A stretch of DNA of 64,000 nt from Cyanophora paradoxa CCMP329. Taxonomy: Eukaryota > Plantae > Glaucophyta. A program made the position numbers and the translations under genes. Within the stretch, counting starts at the first letter, position 1. Each line of letters starts with the position of its first letter. Location: the NCBI GenBank assembly GCA_004431415.1, contig QPMI01000652.1, positions 1 to 64,000 of the forward strand, written 5' to 3'. The notes below the pieces were generated by a model. It was not told the DNA's origin. It was given only the letters and a program-made list of their open reading frames with translations, and did no database searches. This document shows positions 43,336-54,402 of the stretch, piece by piece.

Positions 43336-45217
43336 CCTACTCTGAGTCAGCGCTGCGAGCCGAGCGGGCCGCCGAGCGAGCGGGGGCGGGCGCGTAAGAG
43401 GAGCGGGGAGGATTGGGGAGGAGAGGGGGGGGGGGGGGGGGGGGGGGAGATCGGCCGTACAAGGAACCGGCCTCGACGCCTGTACCGTGCGCGAGGGGCG
43501 CCGCGAGCGAGCCAAGGGGCCGCGTTTCGAGACGGGCAAACTGCAGCCTGGGATCCGCCGGCGCGCTGCGCGTGCATGAATCGTAAGGGGCGCCGGCGGC
43601 GCGCCGCGCACGCGCCCGCGCGGCGCGGCCGTGGGCCCGCCGTCGAGCTTGCGTCTGCGAGCGCGGGAGCTTCGCGGGGCCAGCGGGCGCCGCTTCTGCA
43701 GCTCTTCCGAACGCGCGCCCGTGCAAAGAGAGGGGCAGACGTAGCGCCACGCCCTCGGGCGCTGCGAGGATGGATGTCAGGCCATGATCAAGCGCGCGCG
43801 ACGTTGCCGACGCGGCGGGCGAGGCTGACGGCCACGCGCGCGCCAAGCAGGAAGCAAGCAACGCACCCACGACACCCAAGGGCGCACATCAGGCCACGCG
43901 CACATGCACGCCTGAGCCACCGCAAACCAAGTCGGGCGGCGGCCGCGCACGGCGGTCAGCTCGAGCGGCTGGACGCGGTCGAAGAACGCTCCGGCATCCT
44001 AGCAACCGTGCAGTCGAAGCTTTGCGCTTCTTGAAAGAGGCGCGCAGCTCCGCCACGGCAGGGTCGGCAAACGCCCAAACGCGAGGCTCTAGATCTCGCG
44101 ATTGGGCTCGAGGAGGTCTCAACTAAGCCACGTGCACCAGAGGCTCGCGAGAGCCCGCTGGCTCGCCGTGCCGGCCCGTGGGCCGACCTGTCTCTGTATC
44201 TGGGTATCCCCCTTCGTGCAACGTCGCACGATCGACGGCGACGCTCGCGCGGCCCGCGTCTGACCCCCACGTCGCCTATTTGGATGCATAGCGAGGGAGG
44301 ATACGAGAGCGCATGTGCCCGCGGCGCGCTCCCGGGCCCGGACGCGCCGCCTCGGCTTTGACGGGCCGGTTTGCGGAGCCAGGGCGTGTAGGTCGCTCTA
44401 GCGCAGCATCGATAGCCTAAATGCACATCAAAATCACTTTTCATGCGGCACTGGCGAGCCGCGCGCCCGCACAGCGACTGTCGCACCGAGGCTGGCTTCC
44501 TTCTCGCTGCCGGCGCCCGCCCTCGAGCTCGACGTGCATGCGCAGGCCTAGGGCGAGCTATCTGTGCAGCGCCAGAGGTGCTTGACACTGCGGCGCGTGC
44601 GTCTACCGCGAGGGACACCGGCGAGCCTAGGCCTCGCCGCCGAATCGATATCAAGCCCAAGCTGCAAGTTAAGAGCGCGAGAAGCGCGGGCGGTACTCGT
44701 ATGCGAGATCTAGAAGGCTGGAAAAGGGCGGCCGTGGAGACGTCGGCGAGCTCGAGAGAGACGCATGCGCAGTTTGCGTCGCTAGAAACGGATAGGAACG
44801 GTTGCTCGGGTCGTCCAGAGTCAAGGATCGCGTACACGTACGCGTAGCACTGCCCACGTACGCGTGCCACAGTGCACCCGCGCGCGCCGCCGGCCGGTGA
44901 CCGGCCGCGGGCCTCGAGGCTCGGACGTCGACCTTGCAATTGAACGTTAATTATATAACAAGCTCGCGCGTGGACGCTGCAATAGCTGCGCGCGGTAGAC
45001 GCACAAACCTCCTTCGGCCCCGCGCGTTAACGTTTAAGACAGCTAGGTCCGTGGCGCATGCATGCGCTGGGGCGCATTTTGGGGGGTACGTAAACTCGGC
45101 GCGCCGATTCGCTCGCCGCCGCCCCGCACCTTGTCGCGGAGGCCCGTCTAGGGGCCGTGGTGGCTTGCAGACTCGGTTTTAGCCCGCTGGCGAACCGCCG
45201 CGGAGCCAGCGCCTGAA

Positions 45218-48120
45218 ATGGCTCCAGCGAGCGTGGAGGAGAAGGTAGCGCTCCAGCAGGTCCCTGCCCTCGTAGAGATCCTCAAGCTTCCCGATTTCGT
45301 GAAAGAGCTCGCGACGGAGAGCCAGAAGCAGCAGTCCATCCTCAAGTGCCGCTGCGACCGCACCTGGCTCCCGCAGTCGGAGCGAGCGTACCTGCCGCCA
45401 TGCGTCTGGACCAGCATCACAAGCATTCGAACGTGCTGCATGGCTGGCTGCCTACCCGGTGGCGACTCGGAGACGTACAGCCTGACGCGACTCCTCCGGC
45501 GGCCCTGCCAGAACGGGAGCGAAACGCGGACCCGTGCAAAGGCGATCAGTTTGCTCGTCAAGGGTGGCGTGTTCGCGTGCTTCACTTGCCTGAAAGGCGC
45601 CGGTGCGCCCCGCTGCGCGCCGCTGCAGTTCTTCCGGGCGGGATCCAGCGCGCGCGGCGACGCGCGAGAGCCGCGCCATAGCGCCGGGATATCTAGACCG
45701 GCAACGCTCGTATTCCCCCTCCGCTGCCAGCGCTGACCCGAACCCCGGCCCTTGCGCGCGCAGCGGCGGCGAACGAGCTCGTGTGCACGGCCAGCAATTG
45801 CTCCGAGGGGAAGCACGCGCTCTGGGACGCAGAGGCGAACGAACTGGCCTTCAGGCCGGTCGCAGCGCTTCGCGAGTACTTCTGGCCCCTGCAGATTCTG
45901 CTCCCGCCGGCGGAAGCCGAGCCCGCGGACGCGTCCGAGGAGTTCATCAAAGAGGAAGAAGCGGCTTTCCAGGCGCTGGAGGGCCTGCGCCGCGGGCGCA
46001 AGGCCGACAGCTCTCGCTCCAAACGCATGGTAACCCCCAGCCGCCTTCTCGTGCACGCCCCCTCACGCACGTGCAGGCCCCGGAACGTAAGGAGGAAGAC
46101 GAGGAGGAGGAGGAGGAGGAGGAGGAGGAGGAGGAGGAGGAGGAGCCCTCGGCCAAGAAGGCCAAGAAGGAAAAGGAGGCCGCCGGGGGCAAGGGCGGGG
46201 GCTCCTCCGGCAAGAGCAAGGTACCCCCCCCCGCTTCCCCCCCCGCTTCCCCCCCCCCCCTTCTCTCCCCTCCCGCGCCCCTCACGGCTGGCCGCGCAGG
46301 GCCACAAGCCAAATGGTCCAGGAAAGGGCGGCAAGGGCAAGGGCAAGGGCAAGGAGAAGGTACCCCCCCCCTCCCACCCCCTCCTCCTCCCCCCTCTCCC
46401 CACTCCCTCCGCTTCCGTACTCCAATCTCCCATCCCAGCCGCGCCCGTTGTCCAGGCTCTCGGGAAACACCAATCTCCCTGCGCAGGCAAACGAGGAGGA
46501 GGAGGAGGAGGGGCCCTCGGCCAAGAAGACCAAGAAGGAAAAGGAGGCCGCCGGGGGCAAGGGCGGGGGCTCCTCCGGCAAGAGCAAGGTACACCCCTTC
46601 CCACCCCACCCCTCCCCTCTCATCCTCCCCCCTCCCCTCCCCCCTCTTCCCACTCCCCGCCCCCTCCCTCCCTTCCCCCCCCCCCGCCCCCTCCCCTCCC
46701 CCCGCCCCCCTTGCCCCCCCCTCCCTCCCGCCCCCCCCCGCCCCCCCCGCCCCCCCCCTCCCCCGCCCCCCTCCCCCTCCCCCCCCCTTCCCGGGGGGGC
46801 CCTCCCCAACCCCTCCCGCGCCCCTCACGGCTGGCCACGCAGGGCCACAAGAACAAGGGTGCAGGAAAGGGCGGCAAGGACAAGGGCAAGGGCAAGGAAA
46901 AGGTGCCTCCCCCGGCCCCTCTCGCTCCCATCTTCCACCCCAGCCGCGCCCGTTTTCCCCCCGGCTCTCGGCATGCACCAACCTCCACGCGCAGGCAAGC
47001 AAAGGCGAGGAAAAGGAGGCGGCAACGGCGGATAAGGGCGGCGATGGCGACAGCGGCCTCCAGCTGCAGCTCACCCTTCGCGAGAAGCTGCTGTTCAAGG
47101 ACTACACCGTGGGCGCCCTCGTCGACTGCTACGGGGAGATCGGCCCCGCCGGCGACGGCGGGCAGGGCTCCAGCTCGGGGCGCGCGCGCCGCTCCGTGGC
47201 CACGCGGGCGAAACCCCCCGCCGAGTGGCGTCCCGAGGAGCGCGACTCTGCCGAGAGGGCGGACGCCGCGCAGCGGGACGCGGCGCTGGAGGAGCTGAAG
47301 CTGTCGCAGGAGGAGCGGGCGAGGCCCGACGCGACGCTCAAGGCGTGCCTCGACAAGCTCTGCGGCAAGGGCGCCGGGCAGCCGGCGGCGGTGGAGGCCG
47401 TCGGCAAGCTCGTCGCCAACGACTTCGGCGTGCGGGAGGCGATGCGCGGCAGCATGCGGGCGGCGCAGGACGTGCAGGCGCGCATCCTCCTCGTCGCGGC
47501 GAGCGCCGTGTTCTTCATGTTCCGCTTGTTCCTGGTGCGCCGCGAGTCCCGCGGGGCCCGCCGACCTCTGGGCCGCCGGCGCCGCTCCCGCTGCGCCGAG
47601 CTGACCGATACCCCCCCTCGCCCCCTCCCCCCCTCCCCCCACCCCCCCCAACCTCCCGCAGGGTCCCAATGGCGCCCTCACGGGAAAGTACGACAAGCAG
47701 GCGTGGGGCGGGTACCGGACGACGGAGGTCGAGCCGCGCCTCAACACCCTCCTCGCGGCCGCCGGCTTCGACCTCGCGCGCGACGACGCGGACGAGAAGC
47801 GCAAGCGGGTGTACGGCTTGCTGCGCAACGTCGGGCAGCTGATCTTCGAGCGCCCGCGCCTGGGCCGCCTCGCCGGCTCCGCCCACCCCGTGACCCTCCT
47901 CAACGCGCTCGACTCCGTCTTCAAGCTCGACAACAAGGCGAAGCCGGCCCTCTTCAAGCGCATGAAGGAGTGCGCGGGGCAGGAAGGCCGCGTCCTCGAC
48001 GAGCGGCTCTTCGAGCCCGCCGACGCCAAGGAGCTCGCCCCCATCAGGGGGCTCGCCATCGACCGGCTCGAGGGCGGCCAGCTCCTCCTCCTGGGCGCCG
48101 CCGCCCCTGCCGTCCGCTGA
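45218..48120 (+). CDS. Multi-exon hypothetical protein (Cys-rich N-terminus, poly-Glu/Lys-Gly middle)
   Basis: Coding-like blocks at 45218-45597, 45764-46003, 46077-46220, 46996-47520 and 47662-48120, separated by C-rich introns; includes a duplicated exon pair. Confidence 0.55.
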
Positions 48121-49170
48121 GCCCCTCGGCCTCCCTCCCGCCGCTGCCTCCTTTCGCCCCGTACCCCCGCCCCCGCCCCACACCCGGCACATCCCCTCTC
48201 CGACCGCTTTTCCCCGCACGTTTGCCCTCGATCCCCCACCCTCTCTTCCTGCCCCCCCTCCCCCTCCCCACCCCTCCCCTCCCCCTCCCGCCCCCTCCCC
48301 CCCCCCTCTTCTCGCCCCTCCCCTCGCCCTCCCCGTCCTACTCGCGGCCGCCCCCTCTCTCTCCGGCCCCTCCGCTTTCTCTGCCACTCTTTCACCCTTT
48401 TCCGAAAAGATTCAGCGCCCTATTCCTGCATTTCTTCTTTCCGATATGTATCATTTCCTTCCCTGTTTGGCGTGTTCGGGTTTCCTTTCGGAATCGAAAA
48501 GCTTGTCATTCAGAGGCGGTTCTGTGCTCGCTTGCGAGCAATGTTGTCATTGTGAGGAAAATGAAATGTGCACAATCGCTCTCGCAGCGGCCTTGAGCCG
48601 AGCGATCACACACATCTTTGAGGGCTCTAGATCTATGCTCTCTCAGAGTCTCTCAAATGTTTGTGGTCTCTATTTCGCGCTGGCTACACATACGGGTGCC
48701 CCCTCGGCAGGTCCATGACAGAGCTCGCAGAGCAAGTCGCGTCCATATGCATTTCATTCTGTCTTTAACGTTGAGCTCGTAAAAACCGTGCCTTGATGGG
48801 CTCGAACATGCAACGTCAAGCGGTGCCCACCTTGCGCGCGGACAAGCCGCTGGTTGGGCATGCGCCACGGGAGGCATCTTGCAGCGCCGCAGCTTGAATT
48901 ACTGTATACGTGTGTATGCATGTGCCATTTGCGCGCAAGTAATGCTCACAGCTAGCAGGAAGGATAGCTTCGGTATAGTTACAAAAACCAGAAACAAGAA
49001 GCGAGTTCACTCGGGAGTAGAGCCGGTTTCGTTGTGCGTATAGATGATCATGATGCAAGGGCGTGCAAGCAGAACTCACGGCCGCCCGCCGAGTCGCGAT
49101 CGAGCACCGCGCAACGCGCGATCCGACGACGCCAGCTATGTAGAGAGCTACATCGAGCTCTATTCTCTGG

Positions 49171-51634
49171 CTACTCGACGACGACGACGTGCACGAGTCG
49201 AAGGAAGATGAGCGGCACCCACATTGTTATCTGAGGCCACTGTCCGCCGGAGGGGGGAGGATACGGGAGGCTGTCTCGGTCCCAGACTCCGCGTATCCAC
49301 CCGGCCCCATTGGAATTGGGTAGCGGATCCAAGCCGGCCACGCGCCTCAGCGTTGCGAGCTCCGGATCACCTCTCGTCAGGTTCGAGCTCTTCAGCAGTT
49401 GGTTCAGGCGTTCCCTGCTCATTTCTCCCAATCAGAAATAATCGGGTTGTCGGGGCTTCGCGGGGCATTGCGAATCACCCGCAAATTTCCTCAATTCGAT
49501 CGATGTCGTCGGCCACGTTGAATTCGCGAAGCTCCCTGACACGCGAGAGATCGATCACCGCGCACTTGCCGTCCCAATCCACCCGGCGTTTCTCCGGCTT
49601 GGGGTGGTCCAGGCCAACGAGGACGGGGGATCGGTCGTCTCCATCGGGCCCAGCGGCGAGCGTGCCTCCTGCAGCCCTACGGAACCAGGCGCTCGCTAGC
49701 GCCTGCTCGATTGTGTCGAATTCAAATTCGGATGCGGCTGCGGGGGCGGCGGAGGGTGCCAAAGTCGCGGCCGCGGCCGGCTGCGGGCTCTCGCCCGACT
49801 CGGGCGACGCGACCGGCTCGAGCTCGCCGCCCGCGCCAGCACCGGGCGGCAGGCTCGCCGCTGGTTCGCTCGGGCGGCCATCAAAGGTAGAAAGGGGCGA
49901 GGACGGGCCGAACGCGTCTGCAAAGTGATCGCGAAGAAACCGGTCCTGCGCTTGCGCCGGGGGGTCCTGCGCGTGCAGCAATCCGAGGTGAGAAGGGGAC
50001 GCTCGGAGCGACGTCGGCGCAGGGCGGGCCGGGCCCGGGGAAGATCTGGATCTAGGGGGAGCTGCGGTGAATGCCTGCGCGCCGCTCACCGGCGAAAGCG
50101 GCTCGAATTTCGCGCCAGAGTCTTCACAGGCCGCCGTCAGAACAGGATCGGGCTGCTGATCGTGATCGTGCGCCTCTCGAGCCTGCCAGCCCGAGGCGAG
50201 CTCGCTGTACAACGCAGGAGTCGACGGCGGTGCCGCTGCCTCGAGCTCCACGTCCATCCAATCGGCGTGCACGCGATCGCGATCGGCGCTCAATACGGCT
50301 GCGGAGCTCCCTCCCGCGCCGTGGCCGGCGGGCGCCGCGCGGTCGCGGGGCTCGCGCTCGCAATCGTCCGCGCCGGTGCCGGCGGCCGCGGGTCCGACAA
50401 AGGCGCCGTCGCTGGTCGTGGCGGGTGCAGAACCGTCGAAGGCGCCGTCGCTGGTCGCGGCAAACGCCGAGGGGCTTGCGCATGCGTGCATGTGCGCGCG
50501 CTGGACTGCCCACGGAGCTCGGGGATCCACCGAAGCAGCATGGTCCAGCTGGAAAGGCTGCGCGGTCTCCGGTTGCGGCGCCCCGCCCGCTTCCGACGCC
50601 TGCGCGATGCGTTGCGTTTTAGTTTGCCAGGTCGACGAATGTTTCGGATTCGCGGCAAGTCCCTATAGCTAGATCTAGATCTGTTTCGAGGGCGGCCTCT
50701 GGACCCAGCGCACCTGCTTCTCCTGGTCCGCCATGCTGCAGTCGCCGTCTTCATCGATGCAGGGAGCGCCCTCTGGACTTGCATACTCTTGAATTTGCGG
50801 AATCGATTCCTGGCTCTGCGAGCGCGCGGCTCAGAGTTTGATCGCAAATAATTATACGAGGAGGGGGCGATGACATCCATGTGCGCGCGATCGACCCGAC
50901 AAGCAACGTACCTCGGGCTCCGGCCATGGAGCACTCGGGCTCAAAAACGTGTCGCTGCCCGAGGCGGTCCTGAGCACGATCGCGATCGGGAGAGGCATTG
51001 TATCGCCGACGCCGCCGACGGCCGACTCGGAACCGCCGCCGCCGTCGGGCCCAAGGCCGCTGCCAGCTGCAGGCGACTCGACCTCGCCGGCGATGGCCGC
51101 GCCGACACCGACGGCGCCGGACACCGCATGCACACGTGCAGCGGAAGCATGGCTCGCAGCAGGCGGAGAGCCGGCAGCTGCGGAGCACGCCGACGGGGCC
51201 GACGATCCATCATCGACCCGGGCCAGCTTCTTCTTGCTGTCGACGGTATCGACCATCTCCTCTTCCTCTTCTTCGTCCTTCTTGAGCTCGTCCTCCCCGC
51301 CGACGTGATCGATGGATCGCTTCACACCAGCTGCAGAGGGACCGGCTGCCTCCGCTCCGGTGGAAGAAGGACCCCGAGGCGCTCCCTGGACGAGGCCGTC
51401 CTGCTGGAGACGGCGCAAAAACTTGCTGTACATCTCGTCCTCGTTTTGGGCTCGCGCATACTGGCGCCGGCGCCTCAGCTCTTTGATCACGGCTGGCTGT
51501 TGCTCGACTTGCTTTGCGAGCCGTGGTGTCTCCTGCAGGGGCTTTAACTGCGCGTGCATCACCGTCCGCATGCCCTTTCTCGAATCCGGGGGGAGGCTGA
51601 GTCGACAGGGCGGGGGGACGGGACCAATCAGCAC
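49171..51634 (-). CDS. Coding exons of unknown function (possibly the C-terminal part of the AAA gene)
   Basis: ORFs 50852-51634, 49475-49923 and 49171-49431 have protein-like composition; structure unresolved. Confidence 0.35.
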
Positions 51635-51699
51635 TCAAGGAATCGGCGAGCCACGGATGTGAAGGAAGGCGCGTGGCCATGGGGCCAAAGGCGCACGTG

Positions 51700-54180
51700 A
51701 TCTGGTTTGTCGTGTGGTGGCCCTTTCCCTTGCGCTCAATCTCCTCAAGCTTTAGTTTTTCGAACCGGATGCTTTCCAAGGCCTCCTCCAGGTGACGGTA
51801 GCAAATTTCCACGTGCACCGGGGGCAACCCTGTGTTTCGTCAAAATCCGAGGGCGGGAAATTCTACCGGTCATTCATTCGAATTCGCAGCAGGGGGGCAG
51901 CTCACCGGGGCTTCCCGCCACTGCTGGGGCTGCCGACTTCGATGGAGCCGCGTTGCCGTGTTCCTCTCCCTGCTGACCGACCGCGGGCTCGAACTTGCTG
52001 ATCCCCCAGATCTTAACTGCGGCTTCGATAGCATCCCAACTCTCGTCTGTAATCGCCACAAACCCCACTTCTTCAAAGAGCGCGGTACAGTCGCGGTGCG
52101 AGAGCGCTAGAGCCTCGCAGCCCCTCGCAAACTTTTCGACGTTGTCCTTGAGCTTCACATCGGCGTTAAAAAAGTACGAAAGACCCTTCTGCTCGGCGTA
52201 CGCGATGCTAGCCAGCAGGCGCTTCTGAAAGTCCATTTTCCGTGGCAGCGAGAACCAGATCCTGCAGGATTACAGAGGAGGGGTTAGAGAGGAATTTGCA
52301 CGTGGGGATGCCATCGAAAACCAAGTTTGATTCGGAGATCTAGAGCACGCGTGGGCGCATGCATTGGTTGCGTTTGCGCTTTTGGCCACGCCAGCATTCT
52401 AATGAATGCAAACGTCTATTGCACATGCACGCTGGGGCCGTACCTGGTTTTGAAACGGGAGTAGATCGCACCGTCGACCATTTCGACGTGGTTCGTGGCA
52501 GCAATGAGAATAACGCGCTCGGAAGTGCTCTTGTCGAAGCCCTCCATGCACTGCAAAAGCTGCGCACGTTTGGGGGGGGCGCATGCGAGGTTTTAGCACG
52601 CAGAAGCGGAAAGTTCATCGCATATTGCGGCAGCGCGCGCGCGGTGGGCTGAAGCCGCCCGCGAGCTGCTGCTGGCGTTGATTGTCTCTAGTGAAAATAT
52701 TGAATGGGGTTCAGCGCTATGCAAAACGTTGGAGGAGCGCAGGCGCTGGTGGCTCTCGATGGTGTGGCTTTAAATGCAAGTCGTGCGCGAGGCCAGTGCG
52801 ACGTGCGGCACAGCTAGCGCTATGCGCAGGAATTTCGCTACAATAATTATATATATTAATCGGGCGTACCGTCGGCATGATATCGCTGGATTCGCTTGCA
52901 CCGCTTGATCCTTGATTCGCCCTGCTCTGAACGGCGCTCTCGATTTCGCTGGAGGGCAAGGGTCGATATGAGAGACGCAATCGGTGCAATCATTTAAAAC
53001 GCAGGAGCGCGAAGCAGCGCAGCGGTCTTGATATTGCGTAACGCTGATCATGATGTTCTCGTCTCGGGGGCACTATCGACGTTAGGTTGGAAAGGGGAAC
53101 TCGAGTGCGCACTCCCAAAAGATAATGGATCCGGATCTGGTCGAAGCCCCGAGGCGTTCGGCCAAGAGGTAGATACACTGGAGTATCTTCTGCGTGTTGC
53201 CTCTCTGCAAAGACGGGAGCAAAAACCAGTATTAGTGTCCAGCTGCGGCTCTGCCTTCTTCCACGATACGCTATCCTGGCCGGGAAGCTAATAATTGCAG
53301 ACGCGCCCACATGTTCGCCAGCGAGCTGATGCGGATCAAGAAAAAGTTCGCCCTGGCTTCCTTGGCGAGGGAGCGCGCGAGTTCCGTCTTTCCAGTACCC
53401 TGCAGGATATCGTCGATAAACGTCGATGGTGAAAATCTCGTGCGCAAGCAGATCCGCAGCTCACCGGAGGGCCGTAAAACAGCACTCCGTTTCCGGGCTT
53501 CATGAATTCTCCGTCTTTGAACAAGGGATGCCCTGCCAGCTGTGCCTTGATCCGGACCATTTTTTTTCTGGCCAGTGCAAGAGAGGAGCCGCCGCCGTTC
53601 GGATCGATCGCGAGAGAAGATCCAGAGCCGTCGTCTTTTGGAACTGCAATGCGCGTAAAAGCAAGATATATAGATTCGTCGCGATTTAATGAAGAGCTTA
53701 ATTATATGTAGTATATATAAGCTCAAATTAAGAGCACGCGGCGTGTGCGCACTGAGCTCGTCTAGGGTCTTGGCTCCCTTCAGCGCAGCGCTGTTGGGGG
53801 GGATGCGTGAGCCAATGACCGCCTCCAGAACCACCCTGATTCGACCGCTCGTCGAGATCAACTCCTTGGCATCCGCCTCGGAGAGGCCAAGATCAGTGAA
53901 TGCCTTCTCCCACTCTTCGTCATTGATCTCGTTATCATCGGACGATCCCCCGCTCCCCGATGGCTGCGACTTCTTTGACTTCTTGGTCCCCTCGATCTCT
54001 GTCTGTGGAGCCTCGGCGGGGGTGGCAGACGAATGCGGCTGGCCCGCAGCCGATGCAAGGTTTTCTCCCAGATGGGCGAAGAGGTCCACGACGCTTCCGT
54101 ACGGCTTCTTGCCCGTGGACATATCTTTCCACAGCTCGTCGAGCTTCTCCGCTCTGATGACGCGGTCACCACTCGTCAAG
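51700..54180 (-). CDS. AAA+ ATPase (Msp1/spastin-like core), multi-exon
   Basis: GVLFYGPP|GTGKTELARSLAKEARANFFLIRISSLANMW|RGNTQKILQCIYLLAERL...IIFW (Walker A split by an intron near 53400-53464); LVLAAT near 52240-52258; HLEEALESI near 51780. Gene limits unknown. Confidence 0.7.
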
Positions 54181-54402
54181 TCGAACTTGAGAAAGTCGTC
54201 TCCAAGGTCGAGCTCCCCTTCGAGTTCTACCCTCCCTTCCCATCGCTGCTCCTGCGCCCTCCGCTCCTTGAACGTATTCTCTGGCCAAGGTACCCCTCAC
54301 AATCAATCGCGGGTCTAGGCACAAATGAAATGCTCCGACAGACTCGGATCAAGCAAATCCCCGCTATCGTTCGCTACGGACACCGGGGCGCATGATTCTG
54401 TT

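Larger units (their letters stand above)
2500..44300. mobile_element. ~40 kb integrated virus/plasmid-like element (tyrosine recombinase, AEP-OBP primase-helicase, GIY-YIG, TFIIB, ubiquitin-system cargo, iteron-like arrays)
   Basis: Integrase and replication genes co-occur with intronless compact cargo. A promoter motif and a 34-bp repeat are confined to this span, and a housekeeping host gene lies to the left. Boundaries are approximate; no TSD or TIR identified. Confidence 0.65.

Noticed and set aside
2500-44300. Polinton/PLV/virophage or full giant-virus insertion
   Set aside because: No recognisable pPolB, rve integrase, packaging ATPase, capsid or RNA polymerase genes. Not excluded until the ORFans are structurally annotated.
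2194-44942. CTTGCAATTG direct repeat (2194 and 44933) as att/TSD
   Set aside because: It also occurs internally at 31400 and is largely palindromic in palindrome-rich DNA, so it is not diagnostic.
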